Shown piece after piece: positions 40,420-51,683 of a DNA stretch of 64,000 nucleotides (position 1 is the stretch's first letter; the number at the start of each line of letters is the position of its first letter). The notes beneath the pieces are model-generated. The model saw only the letters and a list, made by a program, of their open reading frames with translations. It was not told the DNA's origin and searched no databases. The translations under genes and the position numbers were made by a program. The stretch spans positions 91,390,001-91,454,000 of the forward strand of contig CM052816.1 in NCBI GenBank assembly GCA_028534125.1. Reading direction: 5' to 3'. The DNA is from Lama glama. Its lineage: Eukaryota.

Positions 40420-40792
40420 GACCAAAAATCTTTTGATAGATTTGAAAGATTTGAAAGCATCGGATGATCAGCTATTTGGTCCCTTGATGCCAGGGTGGTT
40501 GCTTACCTGCCCTGGATCTATGATGTCCCTCGATGCTGGGTCTTGATAGCCCAATTCTTTTTTTCTTTTTAGGAAACTGTTCCAGTAGGTTGCTTGGCAA
40601 TGAAACAGAGCCAATGTCAGGGTGTCCAGTAGAACTTATGCCAATTGAACCTTATATGTGTAGTGTGCATGTCCATTATCTTATATGGATGTGATCATCA
40701 GTTTCAGTTCATTTAAGCATTATTATTTATTTTATCTTAGTAATCTAATTAAAGGCAGTAAGCAAGCATAGAAATATTTGATGCAGGAAGTA

Positions 40793-42111
40793 TTATAGAG
40801 TGTATATTTGATCAATAGTATCAGTTTGTTGTACAATCACTATATGTATGCTTTTGGCAGTAGACTTAAAACAAGCAGTGATACGTGTCATAAATAATTT
40901 GGTAACAAAGAAAAGAATAACACATACAATGAAAATAACAATTGTCTATAAAGCAGAGCCGGAAAAGGTTCCTACTCCTGAGGGGAGGCAACTAAAAGAG
41001 ATCATTTAAAGGGTCAGTCTTTCTTATACCTTGAAACCATTTTGCTTCGGGGAAAATCTTTTCCAGAGATGTCTCAACCCTTCTGGACGTGTTGATGTAA
41101 TTGCAACAAGTAACGTGAGCTCTAGCACAAATGCCACCTTGTTTGGCCAGTAGGAAATCTAAGGCAATCTTACCATCTCATTCTACTTGAGCTAAAGAAC
41201 TGAGAGATTTCTGCTGTGCTTCAATGCTTTTTTGCAGTTTCTTCAGCCTTTTGACCAATGGTGGCTGATAGATTTCTAAGGATATCTCTGTTCACATATA
41301 CTCTTGCACTAGGAACCAAGATTCCAAAAAGACTTTGCCACCAGGTATCTTGGTATTCTGCTAGCATGGTTCTTTTGACTTTGTAATGGGAAGAAAAAGG
41401 AGGTCCATCAGTTTCTTTGTATATAGATAGAGGGGTAACATAACATTCCAATAAGCATAAACCTACGTGGCAGCTATTTAGACATTTTTGTGACCACTCG
41501 TAGGAAGCTGGGTCAGTTCGAATATCACATTTAAAGACAAAACCTGGGGGAGCACAAGTGATTCCTTCCAGAGTGGTTTCAATGATACCATTGTTGACTG
41601 GAAGTTTTATTGACACAGTATTAAACCATAGGTCATTTCTTTAGCAGGCTTTCCAAAAACTATCCATATGATCATTGATGTGGGGGAGTTGTTGGCACAA
41701 GTGACTTGTGTTTTTTTCTTTAAGATATCTGCTAATTAAGTAAGGGACAGAGCGAGGGGGGCCTAGGGTAGGTTGTGTCCAGTCTCTAATAACTGAGGAT
41801 AGTGTCAGGCAAGGGATGATATATTAATGTTTTGGAGAATTTGAACCTGGAAGTTTAGGCCAGAGGAAGGTTTATCCAAGTGGTAACATTAGGAACATCT
41901 GAAAATTCAGTGACAGGAATCACAAGGGGTTTAAATCGGCCTGGTAGTGACTGAGGAATTTGACGACAAAGCCAACAACCAGTTAAATTACCCACAGTGG
42001 GTAAGCTTTGTGATAGTTTTACTAAAGAGTTTTCTTTCCATCCTAAACATTGGCACAAAACATAGCTGGAAATAGAATAATAACTTTCAATTTTAATAGA
42101 GAGACAAGCAT
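40793..42111 (-). pseudogene. env: ERV env pseudogene (gamma-type SU/TM), frameshifted and with stops
   Basis: Hydrophobic signal-like start MLVSLLKLKVIILFPAMF at 42111. WKENSLVKLSQSL..GNLTGCWLC carries the CXXC motif (41966-41977), followed by CAPPGFVFKC and a furin-type KVKR (41371-41382). ISD-like D.KIALDFLLAKQGGIC and CX6CC (CARAHVTCC, ~41103-41129) follow, then TM IVIFIVCVILFFVT (~40900-40945) and a stop at ~40793. Confidence 0.9.
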
Positions 42112-42199
42112 TTTGATGGACAGAGGCAGTTTGAACTGGTAAAACAAGTCTTATAGACCTGGTCCAGACTCTTGGGTTAGCTGTCTGCCACTGCTGTCA

Positions 42200-45100
42200 T
42201 CTGCTTCTAGTCCTGGTTTGGCGGGGCCTTTCTTAGTTAGTCGAAGCCTGGTTTCAGAAATAGGAGTTGCAGTCCATTCAGGAGGGAGGATCTTTTTGAG
42301 GTGAGAAATGTGAATCTAAGACCTTACTCCTTCAAGTCTCACAGCACAGGGATTTGTTAACAATGCTAGACATGGTCTTTTCCAAAGTAGTTGTAAGGAG
42401 TGCTTCATTTGGTGTCTTTTCCAGTAGGCAAAATCCCCAGGCTGTAACCCATGGTCCTTAAGGTCTTCATCTCCCAGATGCGCACTGTGGAAGTAACCAG
42501 TTACTAATTTTTCATTTTCTTTAAGCGCTTTGATGAGTCCTTGACAATAATGTAGAATACACTGGTTCATATACAACTTCATCTAGATGCATAGGTCGCC
42601 CAGTAATTCTTTCAAAAGGAGACAATTGATGTTTGCCAAAGAGGATAGACTTGAGATTGAGGAGTACCAAGGGAAGAGCTTTTGGCCATGGAAGAGTAAT
42701 AACTGAAAATTTAGCCAGTTGTGTTTTTAAATGGTGCTATTTGTCCTTTCTGCTAGTCCTGAGGATTGAGGGTGATAGGCGCAGTGAAAATGCTGTATTA
42801 TTGGCCAAGTCTTACAAGTGGATTTAATAATCTGTCCAACAAACTGGGTTCCACGGCTGCTATGCAACTCAGAAGGAATTCCCCAAATTGGAATTATTCT
42901 TTCCAATAGTAATGTGCCATTAAGGCCATTGCCCTTCTCCAAGGAAATGCTCCCACCCAGTGTGAAAACATGCATACCATTACCAGGATGCGTTTATAGC
43001 CCTGAGAGGAAAGCACCTCGATAAAGTCCAGTTGCCAAACTTCAAAAGGTCCCTTAGGGAAGGGGAAGTGGCTCTAAGAGCCAGGAAGGAGTTTACCAGG
43101 ATTATATTTAGGACAGATAGAATATCAGTCATAAAATTACGAGCTATAGCTCCCACTATAGTGGGTGATGGTTTCCAGACATATTGTTTTCCCCATAACA
43201 TCATTTTCTCAGGTGCCTGATGGGTCAGGGAAGGTACATGTTGGAGTAAGGGTAACTGAGCACTTTAAGGTCCCACAGGCTTCTTATTTGATCTGAACCA
43301 TATTTGTGAGATGGGATCAGAAAGTACTCCTTTTTTACCTCCAGGCTTGCTTTTCATTCTCTGAAGCTAGTTCCTGAGCCTGCAAAAGAAATCTCTTAGC
43401 AGTTTCATCAGAGTTATGTTTGAGCAAAAGACATTCTTGAAATTGGACTGGGACAAGGCTTAAGGCAACTTGTTTAGCTGCAGCATCAGCCAGTTGACTC
43501 CCTTTGGTTTCTACTGAGCCAGAACTGGAATGTCCAGGTATTCTAATGATAGACAGCTGTGTAGGCAATTGCATGAGGTCTAAAAGTTTTGAGACTAGCT
43601 GTCCGTTCTTTATAGGCTGGCTATAAGAGGTGAGAAATCCTCTCTGTTTCCATAGCATTCCAAAATCATGAGCCACTCTAAAGCATCTATCAGTATAAAT
43701 ATTGGCTATTTGATCTTTGGCTAATTGATAAGCCCTAATCAATGCAATCAACTTAGCTTGTTGGGTTGATTTGGTGTCTGGTAAGCATAAACTTTCAATT
43801 ATTTCCACTATCAAAATTATCGCATAGCCAGCTCGATAATGTCCCTGCTCATCCTTTCTGTAGGATCCATCTGTAAACCAAATTGAATCAGCATTATCAA
43901 TGGAGATCCTTGTAAGTCGTCAGCCCTAGGAGTAGGAAGATGGTTGGGTAGTGTAATGCAGTCATCACTGTTGTCACCTTGACGTGCTGAAAGCAAAGTT
44001 GTGGGGTTAAGACTATTACATGGAGCCAAGGTAATAATGGGTGAAAAGGGTAAACAATACTTCATAAGAGGCCAAGCGACTCACAGAATAATGTTGAGTC
44101 TGATGAGAATTTAAGAGAGATACAACTGAGTGAGGAACATAACAAGTCAGAGGAGATCCCATTACAAGTTCTTCAGTAGCTTTGCATAAGAGAGCTGTCG
44201 CTGGAAGGGCCCTCGTGCAGGGTGGGAGCCCCTTTGCCACCGGATCTGACTGCTGACTGTAATACGCTCTGGGGCGATGCCTCTGAGTTAATACGCCCGG
44301 GGCGCTTACTCTAGCTCCACGCGCACAGAGGAAAAGTGGTAATGTACAGTTAGGACGGCCTAATGCCAGAGCCTGGGCTAACGCACGTTTTAAGGCATTT
44401 ATAGCCTTCTTTGGTCAACCATTCAATTGGGTCTGACTGGTCAGACTTAAGTAATGCATAGAGAGGTTGGCAATGAGGGAAAAACTAGGTGCCCAATTCC
44501 TGCACAATTTCGTTAGACCTAGAAACCCTCTTAGTTATTTCTTTGTTTAGAGGAGTGAGAAAGCTGAGATTCCCTTGATTCTTTCAGAATCAATCAACAA
44601 TCCTTCCTTAGATATTAAATGACCTAAATATTTCACAGTTGGTAAGCAGACTTGTAGTTTGTCTTTGGACACCTTATGCCCCTTCGAGGCTTATTGTTGC
44701 AATAGGTGAATAGCGTCTCTTTGGCAGTCCTGTTGAGTTCTAGAACACAAAAGTAATCTACTTGCTGAATTAAAGCAGAACCACTAGGGGTGTACGTTAG
44801 CCAAATCAGCTTCAAGTATTTGAGAAAAATAAGTAGGGTTTTCAGGGTAGCCTTGTGGTGGAATGGTCTAAGTGGATTGACGATCTTCCCAGTAAAGGCA
44901 AAGAGGAAGTGGCTTGGTTTTTCTCCTGGAATACTAAATAACGCACCGCACAGGTCTATAACTGAGAAGTAATAGGTGTCCCCTGCAATGGCTGAGGATT
45001 ACGGACCCCAGGGTGGCGAAGAATCACACTGTTATTTATAGCCCTCAGGTATTGAACACACCTCCAGCCTTTTCCATTTGGCTTTCTTACTGAGAAGAAG

Positions 45101-45225
45101 AAGTATTGCAGGAACTGGGCAAGGAAGTATAAGTCCTTTCTTAAGGAATTCCTGAATAATAAGTCTTATTCCATTTAGTGCGCCTGATCTGAGTGGATGT
45201 TGTCGGATATAGGGTGGACGCTTTG
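42200..45225 (-). pseudogene. pol: ERV pol pseudogene (reverse transcriptase, RNase H, integrase) with many stops and frameshifts
   Basis: RT N-terminus PKRPPYIRQHPLR...GIRLIIQEFLKKGLILPC...VRKPNGKGWRCVQYLRAINN. PPQG stands for the LPQG motif (~44849-44860) and LIQQVDY for the decayed YVDD (44753-44764). RNase H: AKLIALIRAYQLAKDQIANIYTD...AHDFGMLWKQRGFLT (ORF 43335-43814). Integrase: IIPIWGIPSELHSSRGTQF...CAYHPQSSGLAERTN (42727-42975), with a GPY/F-type tail LQPGDFAYWKRH...LLTNPCAV (42316-42582). Confidence 0.92.
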
Positions 45226-45482
45226 GTCAGTGCGACCCCTTGTATGAGGTGAAAAACAAAAATCAGTCATAGAGTTACAATCCTGGCATCTGAAGAAAGG
45301 GACCAACTTTCCTCAAAGGTTGATTTCAGCCTCCTGCTTTGAGGATGTCTGGTTAACGTATGATGTAGGTGCACACTGCCCATTGGGAAAAGCCAACACC
45401 CAAAGGGCCATGTCATTTGTTTTTTCTTTCTGTCTTAGTTTGATTGTCCTGCCATAGAAAACTTATGATCTTTTCCTCTTTA
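45221..45482 (-). repeat. Truncated ERV 5' LTR (U3 portion only)
   Basis: Aligns to 40152-40406, with shared blocks such as tagagttacaat..tggcatctgaagaaaggg and catgtcatttgttttttctttctgtcttagtt. Homology stops at 45221, where RT sequence begins. Confidence 0.88.
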
Positions 45483-45570
45483 AGATTTATCAATTTTATT
45501 AATATTTCAAAGAAGCAGTTTCAGGTTTCCTTAATTATTTTCTCTTGGCTGTTTAGATTTCACCTTTCTC
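45483..45570 (-). mobile_element. Continuation of the old L1 beyond the ERV
   Basis: agatttatcaattttattaatatttcaaagaagcagtttcaggtttcc parallels aggtttatcaactttgtttatgtttttgaaaaacaagctcttggtttc in the L1 at ~29370-29420. Confidence 0.65.
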
Positions 45571-47059
45571 AGGCAAAGCAAACTTCTTTTGTCTGACTTT
45601 TATCTCAGGTCTGATAAGTTTATGAAAATGCTTTTCTTGCAGTGAAGACTCATATTAAACCATGAAATCACTTTTAATATGCAGCCTATAAATACAACTC
45701 TACAAAGAATGGGCATATAATTAACTGAATGTTTTATCTGCACGTCAAATTGATCACATATTGAGATGTTTTCTGCCAGCATTTCAAAGCCCAACTTTAG
45801 TGGTTCAATTTAAACACCGTCTAAAGATGACTGAAAATAAGTGTTGGCTAAATTCGTTTTTGTGAAGAGGACACTTCTTAAGAGCAGGTGTTCTGTCACA
45901 CTGCGTGCTATAAATCATTGCACTACAAATCTATTAGCTGTGATTCATATCTGGCCTGCCTTGTAAAAGCAAAGACGAAACAGTGCTTCGGACTGAATGA
46001 TTTAACACACACTGAGCGAGTCTACTTCCTCGGAGTTCAGCCTCACTCCCTCTGAGCACGTGGTATTTTCGGGGAGGAAATTGGATTCTAAATTGAGAAG
46101 CTGCATTAACTCTTTCAGACAACAGAATGACAGGAACATCTTTCTAAATAGCTTCCTGGAGGCCTGATGGAGTAGTCGCCTTTCTCCGGTTCTCAGCTTG
46201 CTGCCTGGAAGTGATTTATACACGGGGGAGACTCGGTCTTGCCTTGGCTTAGCCTCCCATCATTTCTTTAACCAAAATTCCTAGCTTTTTCTCTCATCCT
46301 TTCTTGTCTGAAGGCAGCAATAAACCTGTGATAATTTGTAAGATTTCATTGTTGAGGGCAACAATTGTTGCTATGGTTTCACAGCAGTATGTGGTCATTA
46401 TTGAGGTATTTATCCAATCTCCCATGAAGGGTACCACTCCCACATGGACCCTCACACACAATGATTCCCAAGTTGGGGCCACACACGTTTTCTGCATCTT
46501 TCTAGGATTGATGGACCTTACTTGTTGCATCTTCGAATAGTTGTATATAAAGAGAACATTAAATAATTTCCACTGTATGTTTATTTAACTCTTTCCAAAC
46601 ATCATTAAAATTTTTAAAAGTATAACTCTTTGAGAGTGTCATGTTTATGTTAATATCCATTTAACAAACTGCAACTTTCAGACTCAAGAAGTACATGAAG
46701 ATGCCATTTGGAAAACACAGGGCAGATTTAGTTGACGCTCTGCTGAGCTGCTTTTTGCTTTTGTTGACTTTTTGTCATCTCTACAACTACCCTTTAGATA
46801 GGTTTAATTATGTCCTTTTCGGTTTTGCTTTCAGATGTAAGATGTGTCAGTTTAAGTGGGCAGAGAGAAGGCCCACTGTAAGAGCAGTCAGAGAGAAAGA
46901 AGGACACTTTAGAAAGAACTTAGGCTTTGGAAACAGATCTGAGTTTAAAGTCTCATTTCTCTTCTCACTGGTGTCTGGACCTTTATCCTGCAGGCAATGA
47001 TAGAATGGGTGTGGAGGGAATGTTAATCCTGCAATCAGATAGGTGACGGAAACTAAAAT

Positions 47060-47660
47060 CAGAATATAGTGTATTTAAAGCGTTGACCAGGTGTGTTAGG
47101 CTGTTTGGTGAACACAAGGGAGGGTGTCTTCCTTGATGACATGCAGTCCGTGGACAACAGGGAGATTAACATCTATCTGGGATTCCAGCGAGAAAAAAAT
47201 CTACGTGCAGCAGAAGTATAAATAGTGGATTGTGGGGCCCACAAAGAGAGGTTCTGCTTAGAAGAGGAAGGGCAGAAGGGGGACAGCTTTTTAGAAGAGT
47301 TGCCGTCACAACCAGTTATGGATGGATGAGAGATGTCACCAGGTGAGAAAGGGAAGAAGGACACTGTGTGCCAGGGAGGAAGGTGCTCAGAGGCAAAGAG
47401 GGGCCAAAGTGAAATGTACGTGGCATTGGGGAGAACATAAAGAAGTCAGGTGAAACCGAAGTGAGGAGTGAACCTCTCTCTTCCCTCCCTTCCTTCCTTC
47501 CGACTTCCTTCTTCCCTTCTTTACTCTCTTCCTCATAATATTCCTTCATCCACTTCTTTCATCCTTCCGGCAACAGTTACGTGCCAGGCACGGGGAATGT
47601 GTGCTGAACCAGACATTTAATCTCCCTGTTGGAGCCTGGAGTCCAGCCCAGCAGGGGCGG
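47060..47660. mobile_element. Decayed L2 fragments
   Basis: ccaggtgtgttaggctg...ttccttgatgacatgcagtc; gccagggaggaaggtgctcagaggcaaagagg; cattccttcatcc...gtgccaggcacgggg. Confidence 0.45.
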
Positions 47661-47859
47661 CTCTCCTTTCCTCAGGAATGTAGACTTAGGAGTTACACAG
47701 AGGATCAGCGGGTAACTCACCGCTGGACATCCAGCTAGAAAGCTATTTCATTAGACCAGGGAAGGCAGACTCGAAATTTTGATCAGGAAAATTGCCATGG
47801 CACTGAAAAGACAGTGGGGCATGCAATTAATTGTCATCAGAGCTCAGCGAAATTATCAG

Positions 47860-48050
47860 ACATCATAAGGGCTGAGAGCATGAACCTAGAAGCCAGACCA
47901 CCTGGGTTTAGCTCCAGTCCTTGCTTGGTGTTTAACTTCAGGCAAATTGTTTAACTTCTCTCTGCCTCTGTTAATGAGTTAATGCATGTAACTTATCAGA
48001 AAAGTGCCTGGCACATTTTAGCCCTGGATAAATATAGGCCATGATTATTA
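47860..48050 (+). mobile_element. MIR SINE
   Basis: gagagcatgaacctagaagccagaccacctgggttt...ggcaaattgtttaacttctctctgcctc...agtgcctggcaca. Confidence 0.7.
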
Positions 48051-51000
48051 AATTACATCTTCTAATATGCTAAAGAGAATGGACTTCCAGAAGAGGAGCC
48101 AATCGGCCCTATTTTTGTTGGAAACCATAGGTCCAATAGCTGCGTAGAAGAGAACAGCTTTTCAGGAATATAAGGGAGTCACACCTATTTACATCTTATG
48201 GAAACAAAGGAAATAATAGCAATTATTTAACTAATCTGGTTATTGTTATATTACTTTCCTTTCCAAACCTGGGAAGAAATTTAAATGAAAAAATATGCAC
48301 ATATTTACATATCAAATTTTAGAGGACGAAAGTGTTCAGCAGTTGACAAATTTTGTTCAAGATTCAGAAGTGTCTTACAAATTGAAATCCAGGTCTTGGA
48401 TACCATTGGGGTGGAGAGAGAGAAGCCACAAGACACTCATCTTCTGTTTTTATTGTCCAAGCTCATGGTCTGTTCACACAGCTCCTTTCGGTTGAGGCTG
48501 GTGGATAATATGAGACTTCCAGGCCAGGGGTGCTGAGTGGGTGTTTCCTAGTTGTGGGAAAAACACTATTTTCCTAGAGGAAGAATATAAACAATCCCAT
48601 TTTCTGCACATAATGGTAAAAATAAGAGAGCAGTATATAGTGGATAAAGAAATTATCAAGATGACATCAGTGTTCAAAGAGAAATCTCTGTATTTCTAGT
48701 TGGTTTAATAACTTCCATTTCCTTAATGGTCTGTCCTTTTTAGCTGTTCAGTGCAGTGTTACTAATTTGAATGTTTATCAGTATGTGAAGAACGTCTCTG
48801 CATGTTCAGACACATTTGCACATTTGCATCATTAGTGAAGTGATACAAAACCAAAAATTTTAGAGAGCTCATTATAGATTTTGAACAGTTTAACCTTCTT
48901 TAAAAACAAGCTTCAAAAATCTCGAATTACTTCTTCTATCCACAATGAAAAATGCTTTCTATAATAAGAGTAAATAATTGAGCTTCCCAGTGTATTGTAA
49001 TCAAGAGTCATTCTTTTTTTCTCAGCTTCCTGATGTAATTTTAAACCCAGTCATTTCAAAGAGCCAGGCATTTGAATTTTAACCCATTTTAAACTTGGCA
49101 ACACCAAACAGGTGTGAAGCATCCATGTTTCTTTCTCTTAGTAAGTCTGTCCCTTTGTTCGCTCACCGTCCTTGTCGAGGATCTGCCGAGCCTCACACGT
49201 GGGAAACCTGCCACCTGAGCATGGCTTCCCAGACCTTGCCGTCATGCTGGCTCTGAGCCCAAAGCCACACAGTTTCCCGTGTCCCGGGACACACTACAGC
49301 AGCATAAAATCACCCCCACCAGTTCGCCCGGATGCAAAGGCCCAGCAGGGTCCACTCCACTGTGACTGCGGCCTGTGACCATCACGTTGTTACTGAACTG
49401 GCGCGCAGACAGTCTGGGCCAACTAATTAATCAGCCTAACGGAGGCCAAATCTAATTAATTACACAATACTGAGCTGTCCAAAGGGAACTCCGCCAAAGT
49501 TATGTAATGCATCTGGAACGTAAAGGATTCCTGGCAAAAGGAAACTAGATGTCAGGATGCAAAGCTCATTTGAGGTGAACCCTCTTCACTTCCTTTTGAT
49601 CCCCCAGCTCCTGTGTTTCAGGCCTATGTCTTTTGAAACATGTGGCCCATTATATGAAAATCACACACACACACACACACACACAGGACAACTTTGCCTC
49701 ATGGATTTAAAAGGCTGCTTTGTTTTCATTAATTTGATGTGACTAGTAAACTGACAAAGGACCACGTGGTGCATACAGACACCACAGCACCCATCTAGGA
49801 CAGAATTAGCTGGAAGTAGTGTTCTATATTGCTTACCATGTTGTTGCATTTAATGCAAATTTTAATGAACATCAAAACTAAATGAGACACAGACATTGAC
49901 ACTTCACACTTGTCTGGTGGCAGCAAATTTAAACGGTTTAAAATTCAATGCCTAGCTGTTTGAAATTAATATGTTTAAAATTATTCCAGGAAGCTAGCTA
50001 AAAAAAAAAAACTTCAGACATGTGCTTGAAATACATTGATCCATTTCTAATGGTAAAATAATATTGACTAGCTTACTTACTATTCATACAGAATTGTAGA
50101 AGCAAGAATCACTTTTCAATAAATGAAGCTTCATGTTAAAGTGGTTACAAATACCTTTTTTATAGACTCCACAAGCTTTGTCATTTGGGTCTGTTTTTTT
50201 AAGAGAAGCATAACGTAAATGACTTTAGAGAATGAAATATTTCAGATGCATTCTGATATTTCATCTTCAACAAACGTAGAATTTAATAGTATCCAAGAAT
50301 ATGCAAGATTAAATGCATATTTGAAACTATTATCTATGAATGATACGATGAGAGGCAGAGGCAGAGGCACTGAGGGACAGAGGGAAGTTCTGAGCAGTGG
50401 CAGACTGCCACTGGGGGATGCACATAGTCAGACTTCAGGTAAGTAAAGACATTAAGGAAATACCACATTCACCCGATGGGCAGTGGTTGTTTAAGCTCAT
50501 TTGTTTTTAAAGGTTATTTAAACTGTTTAGGAATTCTTCTGACAAGCCACATGTTGCAAGAGCCACAACGCTCTCCCGCACAATGAGATGGTGCCGGTTA
50601 TTTTGAGTTTCACTGTGTGCTGGCAGACAGACCATCACAGCAATCCTAGTTTTGTTTCTGTCTCCATTACGCCAAAGTGGGAGCATGACTGATTAATTCT
50701 CAAGTTAACACCCTCAAAAGATTTTTCATCATTTGTGCTATAAATCCGTTCAAACATTGATGCTTTGGACACCAAATTATTCTCCCCACTGAATGGTGTG
50801 TGCTCATACAGTTTGTGAGTTTCAAAGATACTCTTTCATGTACAAATTCTAAATCTTGACAAATAATGGCTTTATGGATTACTCATTAGATAATTAATAG
50901 CCAGTAATATCTGTAATATCTAACTATATGAAATGTACCAATAACACATAACATACAATTTTATAGTTCCCTTGTAATTATTTTAGTTTGTTAAATGATT

Positions 51001-51490
51001 TTTCATGGATGTTCTTGTATAACATTTATTTGCTTTTTACATTTTTTTTTCCACCAAGGAAGAGATAAATCCCTTTTTTTGCAGTAGCTGAATGTGTTGA
51101 GAACAAAATAAATTTCCAAATAGTGGACTCCTTCCTCATCGTGTTTCGTCAGAGTGTATTTAATTTCATGCATGTGTGAAAGATGTTAATATGATTCCTG
51201 GGTACTAAATATTCCTCGGCCGTCCACACTCAGTCCTGTTATCTGGAATAGAACTAGATTAAACTTGCAGAATGGTGAATTACTGAAAATAATGAAGCTG
51301 AGGCAATTCATTAATCTTTATCTGCTTGTCTATTTTTTATAGCCTGGATGAAATGAAAAAATTCATTTGGGGGCCGATCAGATTGAAAAGGGTCTAACAT
51401 GAAGAGCAAACATGGGGCTGAAAATGTTTTTTTTTCCTTTTTAAATTATACACAGCACCTTTTTCTTACATGCCTCTGTTTTTCTTTTAG

Positions 51491-51683
51491 TGGCAAAGCA
51501 TTTCTATAACACTGGTTGAGAAAGTTCAGATGATTGCTGTAATCCTAGGATCCCTGTTCTTAATAGCGAGTGTGACCTGGCTCCTCTGGTCCGCCTTCAG
51601 CCCCTATGCAGTGTGGCAGAGGAAGGACATCCTTTTTCAAATCTGCTATGGAATGTATGGTTTTATGGATCTAGTGTGCATAG
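51491..51683 (+). CDS. MARCHF11: Internal coding exon (probably exon 3) of E3 ubiquitin-protein ligase MARCHF11/MARCH11, encoding both transmembrane segments
   Basis: Polypyrimidine tract and acceptor (ctctgtttttcttttag|TGG) at 51490/51491 and donor (ATAG|gtaag) at 51683/51684. The 193-bp exon translates as [64 protein letters not shown](G), the TM1-loop-TM2 region of the MARCH4/9/11 subfamily, which I recognise as MARCH11. It starts in phase 0 and ends in phase 1. Confidence 0.93.

Larger units (their letters stand above)
39911..45482 (-). mobile_element. Defective class I (gamma-like, ERV1) endogenous retrovirus provirus: partial 5' LTR - pol - env - PPT - 3' LTR; gag/pro deleted
   Basis: Homologous LTR segments at both ends (40152-40406 vs 45221-45482). 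RT, RNase H, integrase and env motifs appear in - strand ORF fragments, and a polypurine tract lies next to the 3' LTR. Old L1 sequence flanks both sides. Confidence 0.93.

Noticed and set aside
41221..41616. 131-aa env ORF as a functional syncytin-like gene
   Set aside because: It is frameshifted from the signal/CWLC part and from the ISD/TM part, and there are in-frame stops near the ISD and TM.
43335..43814. Longest ORF in the window (159 aa, RNase H) as a possible domesticated gene
   Set aside because: It is a fragment of a pol disrupted on both sides, lacks an ATG-led context, and shows damaged conserved motifs.
51325..51420. Possible extra acceptor (tattttttatag|cctgg) upstream of the real exon
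   Set aside because: No convincing donor or coding similarity; the canonical acceptor at 51490 explains the gene structure.
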